This document shows positions 18,748 through 29,045 of a stretch of DNA of 64,000 nucleotides, in pieces. Below the pieces are notes generated by a model. That model searched no databases. It saw only the letters and a program-made list of their open reading frames with translations, and was not told where the DNA came from. Position 1 is the first letter of the stretch; each line of letters starts with the position of its first letter. Position numbers and translations under genes: made by a program. Source of the stretch: an uncultured Gammaproteobacteria bacterium (GTDB taxonomy: Bacteria > Patescibacteriota > Microgenomatia > UBA10105 > UBA927); assembly GCA_964629685.1 (NCBI GenBank), contig CAZVTT010000001.1, positions 244,603 to 308,602 of the forward strand. Direction: 5' to 3'.

Positions 18748-18819
18748 GCTCCCGTAGTTCAACGGATAGAATGGAGGTTTGCGGAACCTCTGATCGCAGT
18801 TCGATTCTGCGCGGGAGCG
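18748..18819 (+). tRNA. tRNA-Arg(GCG)
   Basis: Acceptor GCTCCCG/CGGGAGC, anticodon arm GAGGT-TTGCGGA-ACCTC, T-loop TTCGATT. Confidence 0.94.
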
Positions 18820-18857
18820 CTAATATTTTCAATTAGGAACAGGGTTCAGACTCGTTT

Positions 18858-18947
18858 GGTGAGGTGTCGGAGTGGTTAAACGGCCAGGTCTCGAAAACCT
18901 TGGGAGGGGAAACCCTCACGCGAGTTCGAATCTCGCCCTCACCGCCA
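18858..18947 (+). tRNA. tRNA-Ser(CGA)
   Basis: Acceptor GGTGAGG/CCTCACC, loop CTCGAAA, long variable arm, CCA encoded. Confidence 0.94.
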
Positions 18948-19010
18948 ATTCCACACACGTACACACGGGTATTACGCTGAATCTTCAGTAGAAGCGCGTT
19001 GGAATTTATT

Positions 19011-21425
19011 ATGACGAGGCACCGGAAAGATATTCTGCTGGTAATTCTGTTTTTCGTGTTATCGGCAGTGATATTCCGAAAATACATACTCCAACATCAG
19101 GTCCCTTTCCCCGCAAATTTACTTGTTTCGTATTACCAACCCTGGAAATCATATCCGTATCCCGAATATCCAAACGGGCCGCCGAATAAGCCCATGGGGT
19201 TTGATAATCTGCGGATCCATTTCCCGCTGCGGATGTTAGCTACATCGCAGGTAAAACAAGGTCTCGCTCCGCTTTGGAATCCTTTTAATTTTTCCGGAAA
19301 TACACTTTTGGCTACATATCAATCTGCCATATTTCATCCCTTATCATGGCTCTATTTGCTGCTACCGGGAATAGATGCCTGGTCGGTAATCATTCTGTTA
19401 CAGCCGTTTTTGGGTCTGGTGTTTTTCTTTCTTTTTCTGCGGGAAATCGGTTATTCACTATTAGCCAGCGGGTTGGGCAGTATGACATTCGCATTATCCG
19501 GTACCTTGCTGGTTTGGTGGGAGGAAGCATATGTGGCTGGATATACGGCAATCGGGCTTCCTTTAGCACTGTTGGCAATAGAAAAATTTCAAAAGCGGGG
19601 GGGACGGGTAAATTTTACCCTTGTAGTTCTTGGGTTTATATGGTTATTAGTTTCCGGATGGTTTCAATTTACATTATATAGTTTTATTTTTATTGGATTG
19701 TGGTGTTGGTACAGGGTTTATATATTGCACGCTATTAATTGCAAGCGTATGCTCCTTGTTCTATGTGCTCTGGTTGTTGCCGTATTGCTTAGCGGTATTC
19801 ACCTGCTTCCTGCTGCGGAAGCATATATCCATTCTCCCCGGGCGAGTACTGACGCGAAATATTTATTTGACGGTTATCTCATGCCGTTATCCCATTTGGC
19901 TACAATTATCGCACCGGATTTTTTCGGTAATCCCGCCACGTATTCTTTTTTCGGAAAAGGATTTTATTATGAGCACGTCATGTACTTCGGTGTGGTGTCG
20001 TTGGTATTCGTTTTATATGCATTGCAAATGGTTTCCGTCAGGGATAAGAAAGCAATTCCGGGCTACTTTTTTTTGTTTTTTCTGTCACTCGGTTTGGCAC
20101 TTCCGACCAGTTGGTTTTTGCTTTATACCCTGCATCTGCCCTTAATATCGGTGCTTATTCCATCTCGAATATTTTTTCTCTCGACGGTAAGTGCTGCCAT
20201 TTTGGCAGCCGAAGGTATGGAGCGTTTTTCCGAAAAACCTCAGGGAAAAAAGATGCTGACCGTGCTCGGATTACTTGGTGTGATGTTGTCGGGTATGTGG
20301 ATGTTTGTGTTGTATATGAAGTACACAGATCCCCAATCTTCATTTGCTACTGTAACTCTTCGTAACCTGGTTTTGCCTACGGTTATGTGTGTCTTAACTT
20401 TGCTCCTGCAGATAATTGCGTTTAATCGGGTTTGGCGGAAAGCGGCGCTTTGGAGTTTGCTTCTCGTTGCCGGTTTGGGTTCGGTATATATGGCGAATAA
20501 ATATCTCTATTTTTCAGAAGCACGATTCGTTTATCCCGATGTGCCGGTAATTACTACCTTAAGGGAGAAAGCCGGGATAAATCGGGTTTGGGGATTCGGT
20601 GACGCAGTACTGGAAAATAATTTCTCGACTATGCTCGGTTTATATACCATTGAAGGGTATGATTCATTCTTCATCGGAAGATACGGTGAACTCTTGTGGG
20701 CTGCTGCCAATAACGGCGTCGTATCGCATGATATCCCCAGAGCCGATGCGCGTTTATCCGCACAACAGTGGGGTGGGAAATATTTCGTTCATCCGCAGCA
20801 GGCAAAAATACTGGCGCTTCTGGGCGTTAAGTATCTGTTCGGGACAAATACCGGCACGGAGGAAGACGCTCCGTTTAGTGGTACGGAACCATTAAAGCGT
20901 ATTTGGCACGATAGTGCCTATGCAATATATGAAAGCGGTTCGGCATACCCTCGCGTATTTTTCGTAGACAATTATGTTATCCGAAATAGTGACCAGGAAA
21001 TAGTGTCGACGATGTTTGCGGATACCACGGATTTACGGAGAACGGTAGTTTTGGAAAGAGATCCCCAAATAGGTCATGTTGACGCATCCGAGTATACCGC
21101 GAATGTAATTTCTTATACGCCGCATCTGGTTTCCGTAGAAACCAAATCTGAAAAGGACGCCATATTATTTCTTTCCGATGTATATTTCCCCGGTTGGCGT
21201 GTGTATATAGATGGGAACAGACGCGATATATTACGGGCAAATTATACCTTCCGGAGTGTCGTTGTTCCGGCAGGGACTCATTTGGTAGAGTGGCGCTACG
21301 AACCGGATTCCTGGCGCTTCGGGTGGGTTATGTTCACGGGTGGTGTCCTATTATTCTGTATGATTATTTTTTACTACAAACCGGGAGCTGTTACCGTACA
21401 AAGAAGCAGAAAAAAAACGGTATAA
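19011..21425 (+). CDS. YfhO family polytopic membrane protein (GT-C glycosyltransferase-like)
   Basis: PLWNPFNFSG, many TM helices, C-terminal LSDVYFPGWRVYIDG...RANYTFRSVVVPAGTHLVEWRYEP. Confidence 0.88.
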   Translation: MTRHRKDILLVILFFVLSAVIFRKYILQHQVPFPANLLVSYYQPWKSYPYPEYPNGPPNKPMGFDNLRIHFPLRMLATSQVKQGLAPLWNPFNFSGNTLLATYQSAIFHPLSWLYLLLPGIDAWSVIILLQPFLGLVFFFLFLREIGYSLLASGLGSMTFALSGTLLVWWEEAYVAGYTAIGLPLALLAIEKFQKRGGRVNFTLVVLGFIWLLVSGWFQFTLYSFIFIGLWCWYRVYILHAINCKRMLLVLCALVVAVLLSGIHLLPAAEAYIHSPRASTDAKYLFDGYLMPLSHLATIIAPDFFGNPATYSFFGKGFYYEHVMYFGVVSLVFVLYALQMVSVRDKKAIPGYFFLFFLSLGLALPTSWFLLYTLHLPLISVLIPSRIFFLSTVSAAILAAEGMERFSEKPQGKKMLTVLGLLGVMLSGMWMFVLYMKYTDPQSSFATVTLRNLVLPTVMCVLTLLLQIIAFNRVWRKAALWSLLLVAGLGSVYMANKYLYFSEARFVYPDVPVITTLREKAGINRVWGFGDAVLENNFSTMLGLYTIEGYDSFFIGRYGELLWAAANNGVVSHDIPRADARLSAQQWGGKYFVHPQQAKILALLGVKYLFGTNTGTEEDAPFSGTEPLKRIWHDSAYAIYESGSAYPRVFFVDNYVIRNSDQEIVSTMFADTTDLRRTVVLERDPQIGHVDASEYTANVISYTPHLVSVETKSEKDAILFLSDVYFPGWRVYIDGNRRDILRANYTFRSVVVPAGTHLVEWRYEPDSWRFGWVMFTGGVLLFCMIIFYYKPGAVTVQRSRKKTV

Positions 21426-21679
21426 AATGTTGTTTTTGGATTGCAGGAACAATATCTCTGTGATAAAGTACAATCGTTGCTTACTGATGGACATAGTGTC
21501 CGACAACCCTTGGAAGCAATATGATGGGAAATCCCGCTGAGTGGGAGTTATGGGGTAGTACCAACAGTAGCTGATGGAGAAGATTAAAATTCGTCACGAA
21601 GGGAAGTGGAGAGGGAATCCTTCGTGACTCTTTGTAAGGAAGTATCGTTGGGAAAGAAACGTAGTTTCTGTCCCAGAAC

Positions 21680-21751
21680 GCTCCTGTAGTTTAATGGATA
21701 GAACGCGGCCCTCCGAAGGCTGTAATGGCAGTTCGACTCTGCCCGGGAGCG
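21680..21751 (+). tRNA. tRNA-Arg(CCG)
   Basis: Acceptor GCTCCTG/CGGGAGC, anticodon arm CGGCC-CTCCGAA-GGCTG. Confidence 0.94.
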
Positions 21752-21803
21752 CAGTAAATAAACGGTGTGAAGTGGTATAGAATTATCGTGTAACCGGCCC
21801 AAT

Positions 21804-22463
21804 ATGTTTCGGATAGTCCGCAGTATTATTTTGTCAGTATTCCTGGTTGTAATGGGATTATTGCTTTTTAAGGACCGCCAACCTCAGCTTGCTGCCTGGT
21901 TATTTCCCGGTGATGTCGATATCAATTCGTTAGCGCATGCCAATAAGCCGGTATCCGTGGTGGCGCCTACCGTAACGGTGACGCCCTCTCCCACACCGAA
22001 AACGGTGTTGGATTTGACGCCGAACACGTTAAGTATTCCCAAGTTGGGTATTCATGCACAAATCGAACCTGTCGGTGTGACTGCAAACCGTAATATGGAT
22101 ACCCCTAAACACGCCGAGAATGCTTCCTGGTATAAATATGGAGTAAAGCCTTCGGAGCGGGGGAATGCCGTAATTGCTGCCCATTTTGATACGCCTTCCG
22201 GAAAACCCGCATTATTTTATAATTTACGGACATTGGAAATCGGGGACGAATTATCCGTTACGGCGACGAATGGTGTGGTTTCTGAATTTGTAGTAACCGG
22301 AAAGTCGTTTGAGCCTTACAGCACGTTCCCCAGTGATTATGTATTTAACACGAAAGAAGGCAGAAACGTAAATCTGATTACGTGTGACGGAGTGTTTGAT
22401 CGGGCAACAAAACTTTATAGCCGCAGATTAGTAGTGTACACCACCATGAAAGGAACATTCTAA
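21804..22463 (+). CDS. class F sortase
   Basis: LSIPKLGI, GNAVIAAHFD...FYNL, LITCDG...RLVV (His/Cys/Arg triad). Confidence 0.88.
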   Translation: MFRIVRSIILSVFLVVMGLLLFKDRQPQLAAWLFPGDVDINSLAHANKPVSVVAPTVTVTPSPTPKTVLDLTPNTLSIPKLGIHAQIEPVGVTANRNMDTPKHAENASWYKYGVKPSERGNAVIAAHFDTPSGKPALFYNLRTLEIGDELSVTATNGVVSEFVVTGKSFEPYSTFPSDYVFNTKEGRNVNLITCDGVFDRATKLYSRRLVVYTTMKGTF

Positions 22464-22464
22464 T

Positions 22465-23112
22465 ATGGCAAAATCAAAAAAGATTTCGCGCTATCCAGCA
22501 TTACCTTGGGATTTGATTATCATCGGGCTTATAGCCGGAGCAATGCTGGTATTTCGTTTCGGGGCATTACCTTCGACTGATTTACGCAGTCGGGCAGCTA
22601 CGGAGGTTCCTGTTCCTACCGGTTTTGTAATGAATCAGTTACTTCCTGCGCAAAATGTGTTGGTTCCGCCTTCGGTCAGAGTCGCAACCGGTTCAAGATC
22701 CTTTGATATGCACAAACCCATGTCTGTGGGTGTGGTACTAAATACCGGGACGTTGGCCATATCGGAAGCCACGGTAACCGTAACATACGATCCGGATTTT
22801 TTAGTACTAGCTGATGATGGTGTAATACTTGCCGATAAAGTAAACGCTACACTGCAAGTTGAAAAAAGAGTTCCGGGTGAAATACAAATTACCGTATTTG
22901 TAACGGAAGAAGCAGGACAATCCGCCCTTACGTTTAATGCAGAAAATCCATTAGTATTTCTCACGTTTGTACCTACAGGGACGGCGGTATCCGGTACGGT
23001 TGTGGAACCAATACTTACGAAAAGTCAGTTGGCAGGTGTCCGGGGAAATGCGGAAATACCGGAGAAAATTGAGTTTAGAAGTGCAGAAGGTGTACAATTG
23101 GACCTCCAATAA
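22465..23112 (+). CDS. membrane-anchored cohesin-like beta-sandwich protein
   Basis: TM plus DLRSRAA, then V.V.LNTG...VTYDPDFL. Confidence 0.55.
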   Translation: MAKSKKISRYPALPWDLIIIGLIAGAMLVFRFGALPSTDLRSRAATEVPVPTGFVMNQLLPAQNVLVPPSVRVATGSRSFDMHKPMSVGVVLNTGTLAISEATVTVTYDPDFLVLADDGVILADKVNATLQVEKRVPGEIQITVFVTEEAGQSALTFNAENPLVFLTFVPTGTAVSGTVVEPILTKSQLAGVRGNAEIPEKIEFRSAEGVQLDLQ

Positions 23113-23129
23113 TCAAAAAAGGGGAAAAT

Positions 23130-23723
23130 ATGACTATCGAAGCAATGGTAAATCTGGTATACGAAGCGGCGGTCGTAAAGAGACTGAAGCGGACCGGTTG
23201 GCAAATAATGGGTGACAATGAAGAAGGTGTAGGAGAACACACGTTTATGACCTGCGTCATTGCCTATTTGCTGGCAAAGCAGATTAACACGAATCCGGAA
23301 CGACAGGAAAAGCCAAATATGGAAACAGTTATGCTTATGAGCGTCTTTCATGATTTTCATGAAGCCAGAACCGGAGAACTGGATAAAATTGCCAAGCTCT
23401 ATACCATGCGTGATGAAGGAAAAGCTAATCAGCATATTTTTAGCGGCGTTGATGACGAACTACTCGCTACATTAGAAGCGTATGAAGAGAAACAGTCAAT
23501 CGAAGCCCGGGTGGTTTATGAAGCAAACGTAATCGCGTTTTCCGTAGAAGTAAAATTATTGTTAGAAAAGGGAAACGTACATGCGGCGGACTGGCTTAAA
23601 TCAAACGATTCCCGCTTACGGTTGCCGGAATCGATTTCGTTAGCGGAAAAATTAGCGGCTTCCGACTCACATGTTTGGTGGAAAGATTTACGTGAAGTAA
23701 TTCGTGACGAGTTCACCCGGTAA
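23130..23723 (+). CDS. HD-domain phosphohydrolase (YfbR-like)
   Basis: KRLKRTGW, EGVGEHTF, FHDFHEARTGE. Confidence 0.85.
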   Translation: MTIEAMVNLVYEAAVVKRLKRTGWQIMGDNEEGVGEHTFMTCVIAYLLAKQINTNPERQEKPNMETVMLMSVFHDFHEARTGELDKIAKLYTMRDEGKANQHIFSGVDDELLATLEAYEEKQSIEARVVYEANVIAFSVEVKLLLEKGNVHAADWLKSNDSRLRLPESISLAEKLAASDSHVWWKDLREVIRDEFTR

Positions 23724-23751
23724 TCTTCATCTTTTATATTCTTCGGAATTA

Positions 23752-24888
23752 CTATCTGCAGACTAAACGAGGAATAAAATACGTAAGGTATTTACTAACA
23801 ACTGATCGGAATTCCAGTTGACAGGTAATTATTCTGTTTGGAAAAACGTATGTTCCGATAAACCGGGGTGTAGGTATTAGCATTTGGGTTGGAGTGGGGG
23901 TAGAGTGTGGAGTCGGCGATAGAGTAGGTGTGGGAGTGGATACCTCTGTGGGTGTTGGAGTTTCCATTGGTGTATCTGTCGGTACGGGAGTAGGTGTATT
24001 GGTCGGATCTGGTGTGTCCGTGGGTGATGGCGAAGTTATTGCTGTTGGTGTAGGGGTATTTACTACTGTTGGTTCGGGTATCTCAGTGGGTGAGGGTGTT
24101 ATTGTGGGCGTAGGTGTGTCTGTCGGAAAACCGGTAGGTTCCGGAGTAGGTGAACTGGTTGGTACCGGAGTGACAGTCGGTTCCAGTGTCGGTTCAATAG
24201 ATGGCGTCGGAGTATCCGTTGGAGCTGGCGGAGGTTCTTTGCCGGATAACTTATTTTGAGGCTGGGACGTTATTTTTAGTACAAAATCATTCGCGTTGTT
24301 GTCGGAATCCCAACCGTTTCCTTTGTGTTCATCCGTTCCTGAAATATCCATACTATCAGCGGTTGAGTTTATTAGAGCTTTTCGTTCTATACTGCCACTA
24401 TCTTCGGGATTTGCAATGGTTTGAGTTTCCTTGTCTGCAGCAGTTCCCAACCCCACTTTGTCTACCAGGGTTTGTCCGGCATCGCTGAATAACAATATGG
24501 TATTGTTGCCGGCGATGCTACTGCTCGACGCAGAATACCACTGATCGGGAAGTGCAGGGATCGTGGTAAACGCGGGATTCGCGATGAGAAAAAAACCCTT
24601 CGCAGGAATGGTTCCTGCCAGTGAGTTTACTAATGTTTGTGGCGTGGCACTTTCTGTGGCTGTTTTTTTAGCAAGTCTCCAACCGGAAATGTCTACATCA
24701 ACGTCTGTCGGATTGTATAGTTCTATGAATTCATCATTCGGTTGAACGCCGCGCAACTGTATTTCAGAAATAACTATGTGATCAATAGCTGACTGTACCC
24801 GGTGTGTAAAAACCGTGGTGAGTAAGATAACAAATGAAAGTACTGTAACAATTGATACGAGTGGCAGTGGCAGTCTACCGTAATTCAT
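23752..24888 (-). CDS. secreted lamin-tail-domain protein with long Pro/Thr-rich repeat tail
   Basis: IVISEI...EFIELYNPT...DISGWRL; TPTP repeats. Confidence 0.85.
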   Translation of the reverse strand: MNYGRLPLPLVSIVTVLSFVILLTTVFTHRVQSAIDHIVISEIQLRGVQPNDEFIELYNPTDVDVDISGWRLAKKTATESATPQTLVNSLAGTIPAKGFFLIANPAFTTIPALPDQWYSASSSSIAGNNTILLFSDAGQTLVDKVGLGTAADKETQTIANPEDSGSIERKALINSTADSMDISGTDEHKGNGWDSDNNANDFVLKITSQPQNKLSGKEPPPAPTDTPTPSIEPTLEPTVTPVPTSSPTPEPTGFPTDTPTPTITPSPTEIPEPTVVNTPTPTAITSPSPTDTPDPTNTPTPVPTDTPMETPTPTEVSTPTPTLSPTPHSTPTPTQMLIPTPRFIGTYVFPNRIITCQLEFRSVVSKYLTYFIPRLVCR

Positions 24889-25059
24889 AGGAGTACAATT
24901 CCGTTTGTCTAAAGAAAATATATCAAGATTTTAAAGTAAGTCTGTACCATACCGTACTGTTACGCAAAACAGTCTAAATAGAGTATAATAATCCAGTTTC
25001 CGGACGGTATGAATGATCACTATCCGGAAAAAGGGGCAAGCATTTTAACAACAGTTTTT

Positions 25060-25149
<90 letters not shown>

Positions 25150-25313
25150 GTATAATTAATTGTGATATCTAATAAATAGCATCCGTTAAATTCTGATCGT
25201 CAACGATGTAGTAAAGTTCTGAACCGCTAACTGTCGAGTTGATCTATGGGAATAGATTTGAAGTATAGGTTTTTCTTCAACGAATCCACCGTTTGTTGTA
25301 TTTCCTCAAAATC

Positions 25314-26558
25314 ATGAAGAGGTGGATTCGAGAGTGTATTAAAGAAAAAATAGGTAAATTTTTACTGTTGAGTGTCATTATAATTTACTTCGGTTACGCT
25401 TATTTTCAACAAATTCCTCAGGTTACGTTTGAGAGCGACGAAATGATGTGGCCATGTATGGGGCGAATATTTCAATCATATATTCGGGGAGATTGGTCAT
25501 CTCCTGTTTGGCGTAAAACGGTATATGATTTTACGAATGGACCTGTACCCAGATATTTGTATGGGGCAGGGTTAATGACTGCCGCTCAGGATCTCAGGCA
25601 TTTTCAGGTAGTCTGCGCTGATACATGGCAACAATATGCTCCAATACAACGGTATGAGTTTACAACCCAGGAAATTAGATTTTTGTATTACAACAGAGCG
25701 GTAAATATTGTGGTATCAATGGTACTTTTACTGTTTGTATTTATATTTCTTTTCCTGCAGCATGGGACTGCTCCTGCTATTACAGGTACTTTTTTGTTGG
25801 GTTCGCAAGTTGTCTTTATGGAATACGCCGTACGGGCAATGGTGGAAATGTTGCTGTTGTTGTTTTTGGTTATCGCCCAAGTTGTTTTTCTGATAATAAG
25901 TCATCGAATTTTAAATAAAAAACAATATACGTATTGGGTTTTTATATTCGGATGCATTTGTGGTCTGGCTTTTATGACTAAGCCATACGGAGTTATGGCA
26001 GGATGTTCACTTGTATACTGGATTTTATTCTCCCGGATTAATTTTCGAGCGAGATTAAAGATTATTTTTTTTGCGGCGACTGGCATAGCGGTAACGATTC
26101 TTATAGTGTATCCGCCGTTCCTGATTCATCCCTGGTCCATATTTGAATGGTTTCAGAGCTGGTTTATAATTCAGCGTGAATTTCAGTCTTACTTCCCATA
26201 TGCTGCGCTAAATGGATATGGTGCCAGAATTCTCAGTGTTTTCGGCAGATATATATATCCCGGTAAAATGGCTTTTGCTGTCCCGGCTGTAAATATATTT
26301 GTCCTTTGTTTTTATTTTTTGATAGTATTGCGAAAACTGCAACGAAAATCGTTAACACCTGCAGAAACAGGAAGTATATATATGATTGTAGGGTTTATAG
26401 TGTTTAGCGGTTTTTACGTATATCGGGATTGGGATCGTTATTTTATTCCGCTGCTCTTACCGCTAGTGGTTATGTATACCACTGTATTTCACGCGTGTTT
26501 AACCTTAATACAAACTAGGTGGAGAAATATGTCTGTTAACTTGTACAAAATTAGATAA
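25314..26558 (+). CDS. PMT/ArnT-like (GT-C) membrane glycosyltransferase
   Basis: DE motif after TM1 (ESDE), GP-P-YLYG, GLAFMTK, RYFIPL; about 10 TM helices. Confidence 0.7.
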   Translation: MKRWIRECIKEKIGKFLLLSVIIIYFGYAYFQQIPQVTFESDEMMWPCMGRIFQSYIRGDWSSPVWRKTVYDFTNGPVPRYLYGAGLMTAAQDLRHFQVVCADTWQQYAPIQRYEFTTQEIRFLYYNRAVNIVVSMVLLLFVFIFLFLQHGTAPAITGTFLLGSQVVFMEYAVRAMVEMLLLLFLVIAQVVFLIISHRILNKKQYTYWVFIFGCICGLAFMTKPYGVMAGCSLVYWILFSRINFRARLKIIFFAATGIAVTILIVYPPFLIHPWSIFEWFQSWFIIQREFQSYFPYAALNGYGARILSVFGRYIYPGKMAFAVPAVNIFVLCFYFLIVLRKLQRKSLTPAETGSIYMIVGFIVFSGFYVYRDWDRYFIPLLLPLVVMYTTVFHACLTLIQTRWRNMSVNLYKIR

Positions 26559-26567
26559 AATGAAGAA

Positions 26568-28076
26568 TTAAAGACTACGTTCTTTAATTTTATATTCAAA
26601 AACGGATTTGTCTTCTCCGTTGCTGAGAATGTTATCTGCAAGCTGAAATGCCATTTCTATAGAATTATCTGAGTTATTATAGCGAAATATTCCTGTCCGA
26701 CCGAGTAGGTACACGTTATCTGTTTCCAGATAGGTAACTATTTTCTGTAATCTATTTTTATAGTTAAGATCATATACCGGATACGCGTAGCGGACTCTTT
26801 TAACCCAAGTGTCAGAAACTTCGTTTCCGGAGAAATACTGTACAATTTCTGCATCAGCAATGCAGCGAGATATTAAAGCGGAGTCAGACATACTCCAGGT
26901 ATCATCACCGTAGTAACAAGTTATATCCAGACAGATACAAGTTTTTCCGGGGGGTACCATTTTTTCGGACCAGTTTCGGAATTCAACAGCTCGATTAAAG
27001 ATAACGTTATGATCAGGAAAATAAATCCAATGATCACTGGAAATTCGTTCGCGATTTAAACCGACATATACGAAAATAATATCCATATATTTATTGGCTG
27101 CAAAAAGGGTTTTTATACTTTCATCTTTTTCGATAAGCAATTCATACAGGGAGTAGGGGGGGATGGTAGAGACCAGAATATCGTAGGAAATAGAATGGGC
27201 ACCGTAATGGTCTGAGTATTTTATACGTTGGGATTTTTTTGAGACGGAAATTAATTCAATACCAGTATGTATGATCGTACCGTTTTCAACAGCCTCCTTG
27301 GCGAAAGCGGTCGGTAATTGACCTATCCCATATTCAGGATAGTAGAAATCTCCGCCATCGGGAGCAAGTTCTTCGTCTTCAAGTTTATATTCGGAAAAAT
27401 CAAGTGTGAGTAGTTTTACTATGCTCTTAGTAAGGAATTTTGATAGGTTCGGTCCGTTAAATCTTTCGTCCGCCCAGTCTGCAGATAATGCAGCGGGATC
27501 TTGTTTCCATATTTTCTGAGAATATGTTTGAAATAAGATGTGGTAAAGTTTTTTCCCGTATTTCGTGACGAACCAGTCTCTATATGATCGTATCGGTTGT
27601 GGCCGAATGAGTTGACGAAAATAGTTAAAAATAAAATCTACAGCTGTATAAAGACATTGCGACAGCGGGAGAATTCCCAGTATATCAGGTATGTCAAATG
27701 GATAATTCAGGTATTTTCCGAAAAGAAACACACGGCAGCGTTTATGCTTACGGTACATTTTAATAGTTTTAAGAGATAACACTGATTTCAGTACTTCAGT
27801 ATTTTTTGTATGGAACCTGTGAGCGCAGTAGTCTACAAAATAATCTTTAAATTTGGTCGTTTTTGCCAATCCGCCTACTTCACTATCCTTCTCTAATATC
27901 AAAACGCGCATACCGTGCTTTGATAGTTTCCATGCGAGCGAGAGGCCTGCTATTCCGGCACCCAAGATAACGATATCGAAATGGAGCTTTGGTGGTATTT
28001 CAGACGATATACTATCTCGTGATGGATGGTAAGATACCATACGTTTTAGACTATAGAGATTTTTAGTGGATTGCAA
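26568..28076 (-). CDS. FAD-dependent oxidoreductase (protoporphyrinogen oxidase/UDP-galactopyranose mutase-like family)
   Basis: ILGAGIAGL...LEKDSEVGGLA, HRFHT, YAYPVY, GRTGIFRYNNSD; start uncertain. Confidence 0.8.
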   Translation of the reverse strand: MQSTKNLYSLKRMVSYHPSRDSISSEIPPKLHFDIVILGAGIAGLSLAWKLSKHGMRVLILEKDSEVGGLAKTTKFKDYFVDYCAHRFHTKNTEVLKSVLSLKTIKMYRKHKRCRVFLFGKYLNYPFDIPDILGILPLSQCLYTAVDFIFNYFRQLIRPQPIRSYRDWFVTKYGKKLYHILFQTYSQKIWKQDPAALSADWADERFNGPNLSKFLTKSIVKLLTLDFSEYKLEDEELAPDGGDFYYPEYGIGQLPTAFAKEAVENGTIIHTGIELISVSKKSQRIKYSDHYGAHSISYDILVSTIPPYSLYELLIEKDESIKTLFAANKYMDIIFVYVGLNRERISSDHWIYFPDHNVIFNRAVEFRNWSEKMVPPGKTCICLDITCYYGDDTWSMSDSALISRCIADAEIVQYFSGNEVSDTWVKRVRYAYPVYDLNYKNRLQKIVTYLETDNVYLLGRTGIFRYNNSDNSIEMAFQLADNILSNGEDKSVFEYKIKERSL

Positions 28077-28178
28077 CGGAAAAAGGGGAATTCTATTCTG
28101 TTTTTTTACTGTAAATATGAATACTGTGATCGAATAGACTATAATTAACCGTTAATTGGTCATTCTTACACTTTTACT

Positions 28179-29030
28179 ATGGAAATAACTGTTGCCGATC
28201 AGCGTATCCTTTTATTTAGCGATCAGATTGCCCCTGAAGACGCTAAGCAAAAAGCGTGGGAGAAACGTTTAATTGCGTTTGGCGCATTATCGCAGGTTAC
28301 CGGTTTTTTAAACCGTCCGAAAGATGAGGATTTTGAACTTATTTATCAGGAGCATAGATATCAGCCGTTTTGGCACGTTATTGCCAAAGCGCGGTACGTC
28401 TATAACCGGAAGGCAACTTATCAGGTAAACGTTCCCGGGAAAGAGGTGCAGTCAGTTACTGTTCATGATATCCGGTACGATGTACAGAATAATCACATCC
28501 ACCTGCCGGTTAGAGAACATTGCATTCAACATGAACAGGAAGAAGTACTTATAGATGGGGTAAGCGGCAAAAATAAACCGGAACTGGCACACTATTTGCC
28601 GTTAACACCGCGTGAAGTAAACGATAAAATTGAGAAAACCGTTTCGAAAGATTCCATCCTTGTCCCACCACAGGCTCGGGTATCCGCTATCATGCGGGAC
28701 GCACTCGCAAAAATGATAAAAGGAATTCAGGCGGATGAGATTTTGGAAGAGCAAGTGGAGGTAACCAGCGTTGATCTTTACTATTATCCCGTATACGCAT
28801 TTCAATACCGCTGGAAATCCAAAGGGAAAGAGGGCATTGTGGAAGTAGACGGGATGAACGGTTCTGTAAGTCCGGGAAGCAGAACATTTAACGAATTTTT
28901 CGGAAAAGTGCTGGATATAAATTTTCTGTTTGATGTAGGTGCGGATGCTGCAGGAATGTTTATTCCCGGTGGTTCAATTGCCGTGAAAGTAGCCAAAAAA
29001 TATATGGATACAAAACGTGCAAAGGTTTAG
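28179..29030 (+). CDS. hypothetical protein
   Basis: 283 aa ORF; two YQPFW/YYPVY-type motifs; no family recognised. Confidence 0.7.
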   Translation: MEITVADQRILLFSDQIAPEDAKQKAWEKRLIAFGALSQVTGFLNRPKDEDFELIYQEHRYQPFWHVIAKARYVYNRKATYQVNVPGKEVQSVTVHDIRYDVQNNHIHLPVREHCIQHEQEEVLIDGVSGKNKPELAHYLPLTPREVNDKIEKTVSKDSILVPPQARVSAIMRDALAKMIKGIQADEILEEQVEVTSVDLYYYPVYAFQYRWKSKGKEGIVEVDGMNGSVSPGSRTFNEFFGKVLDINFLFDVGADAAGMFIPGGSIAVKVAKKYMDTKRAKV

Positions 29031-29045
29031 GCAAACAGTTACCAT

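Noticed and set aside
23880-24240. Tandem repeat-like DNA and the Gly/Val-rich + strand ORF 23894-24259
   Set aside because: This is the antisense shadow of the Pro/Thr linker of the lamin-tail protein. There is no constant repeat with unique spacers, so it is not a CRISPR array.
24997-25030. TTTCCGGA...TCCGGAAA inverted repeat upstream of tRNA-Ser(GGA)
   Set aside because: Only 8 bp and built on CCGG/TCCGGA, which is very frequent in this sequence; not informative alone.
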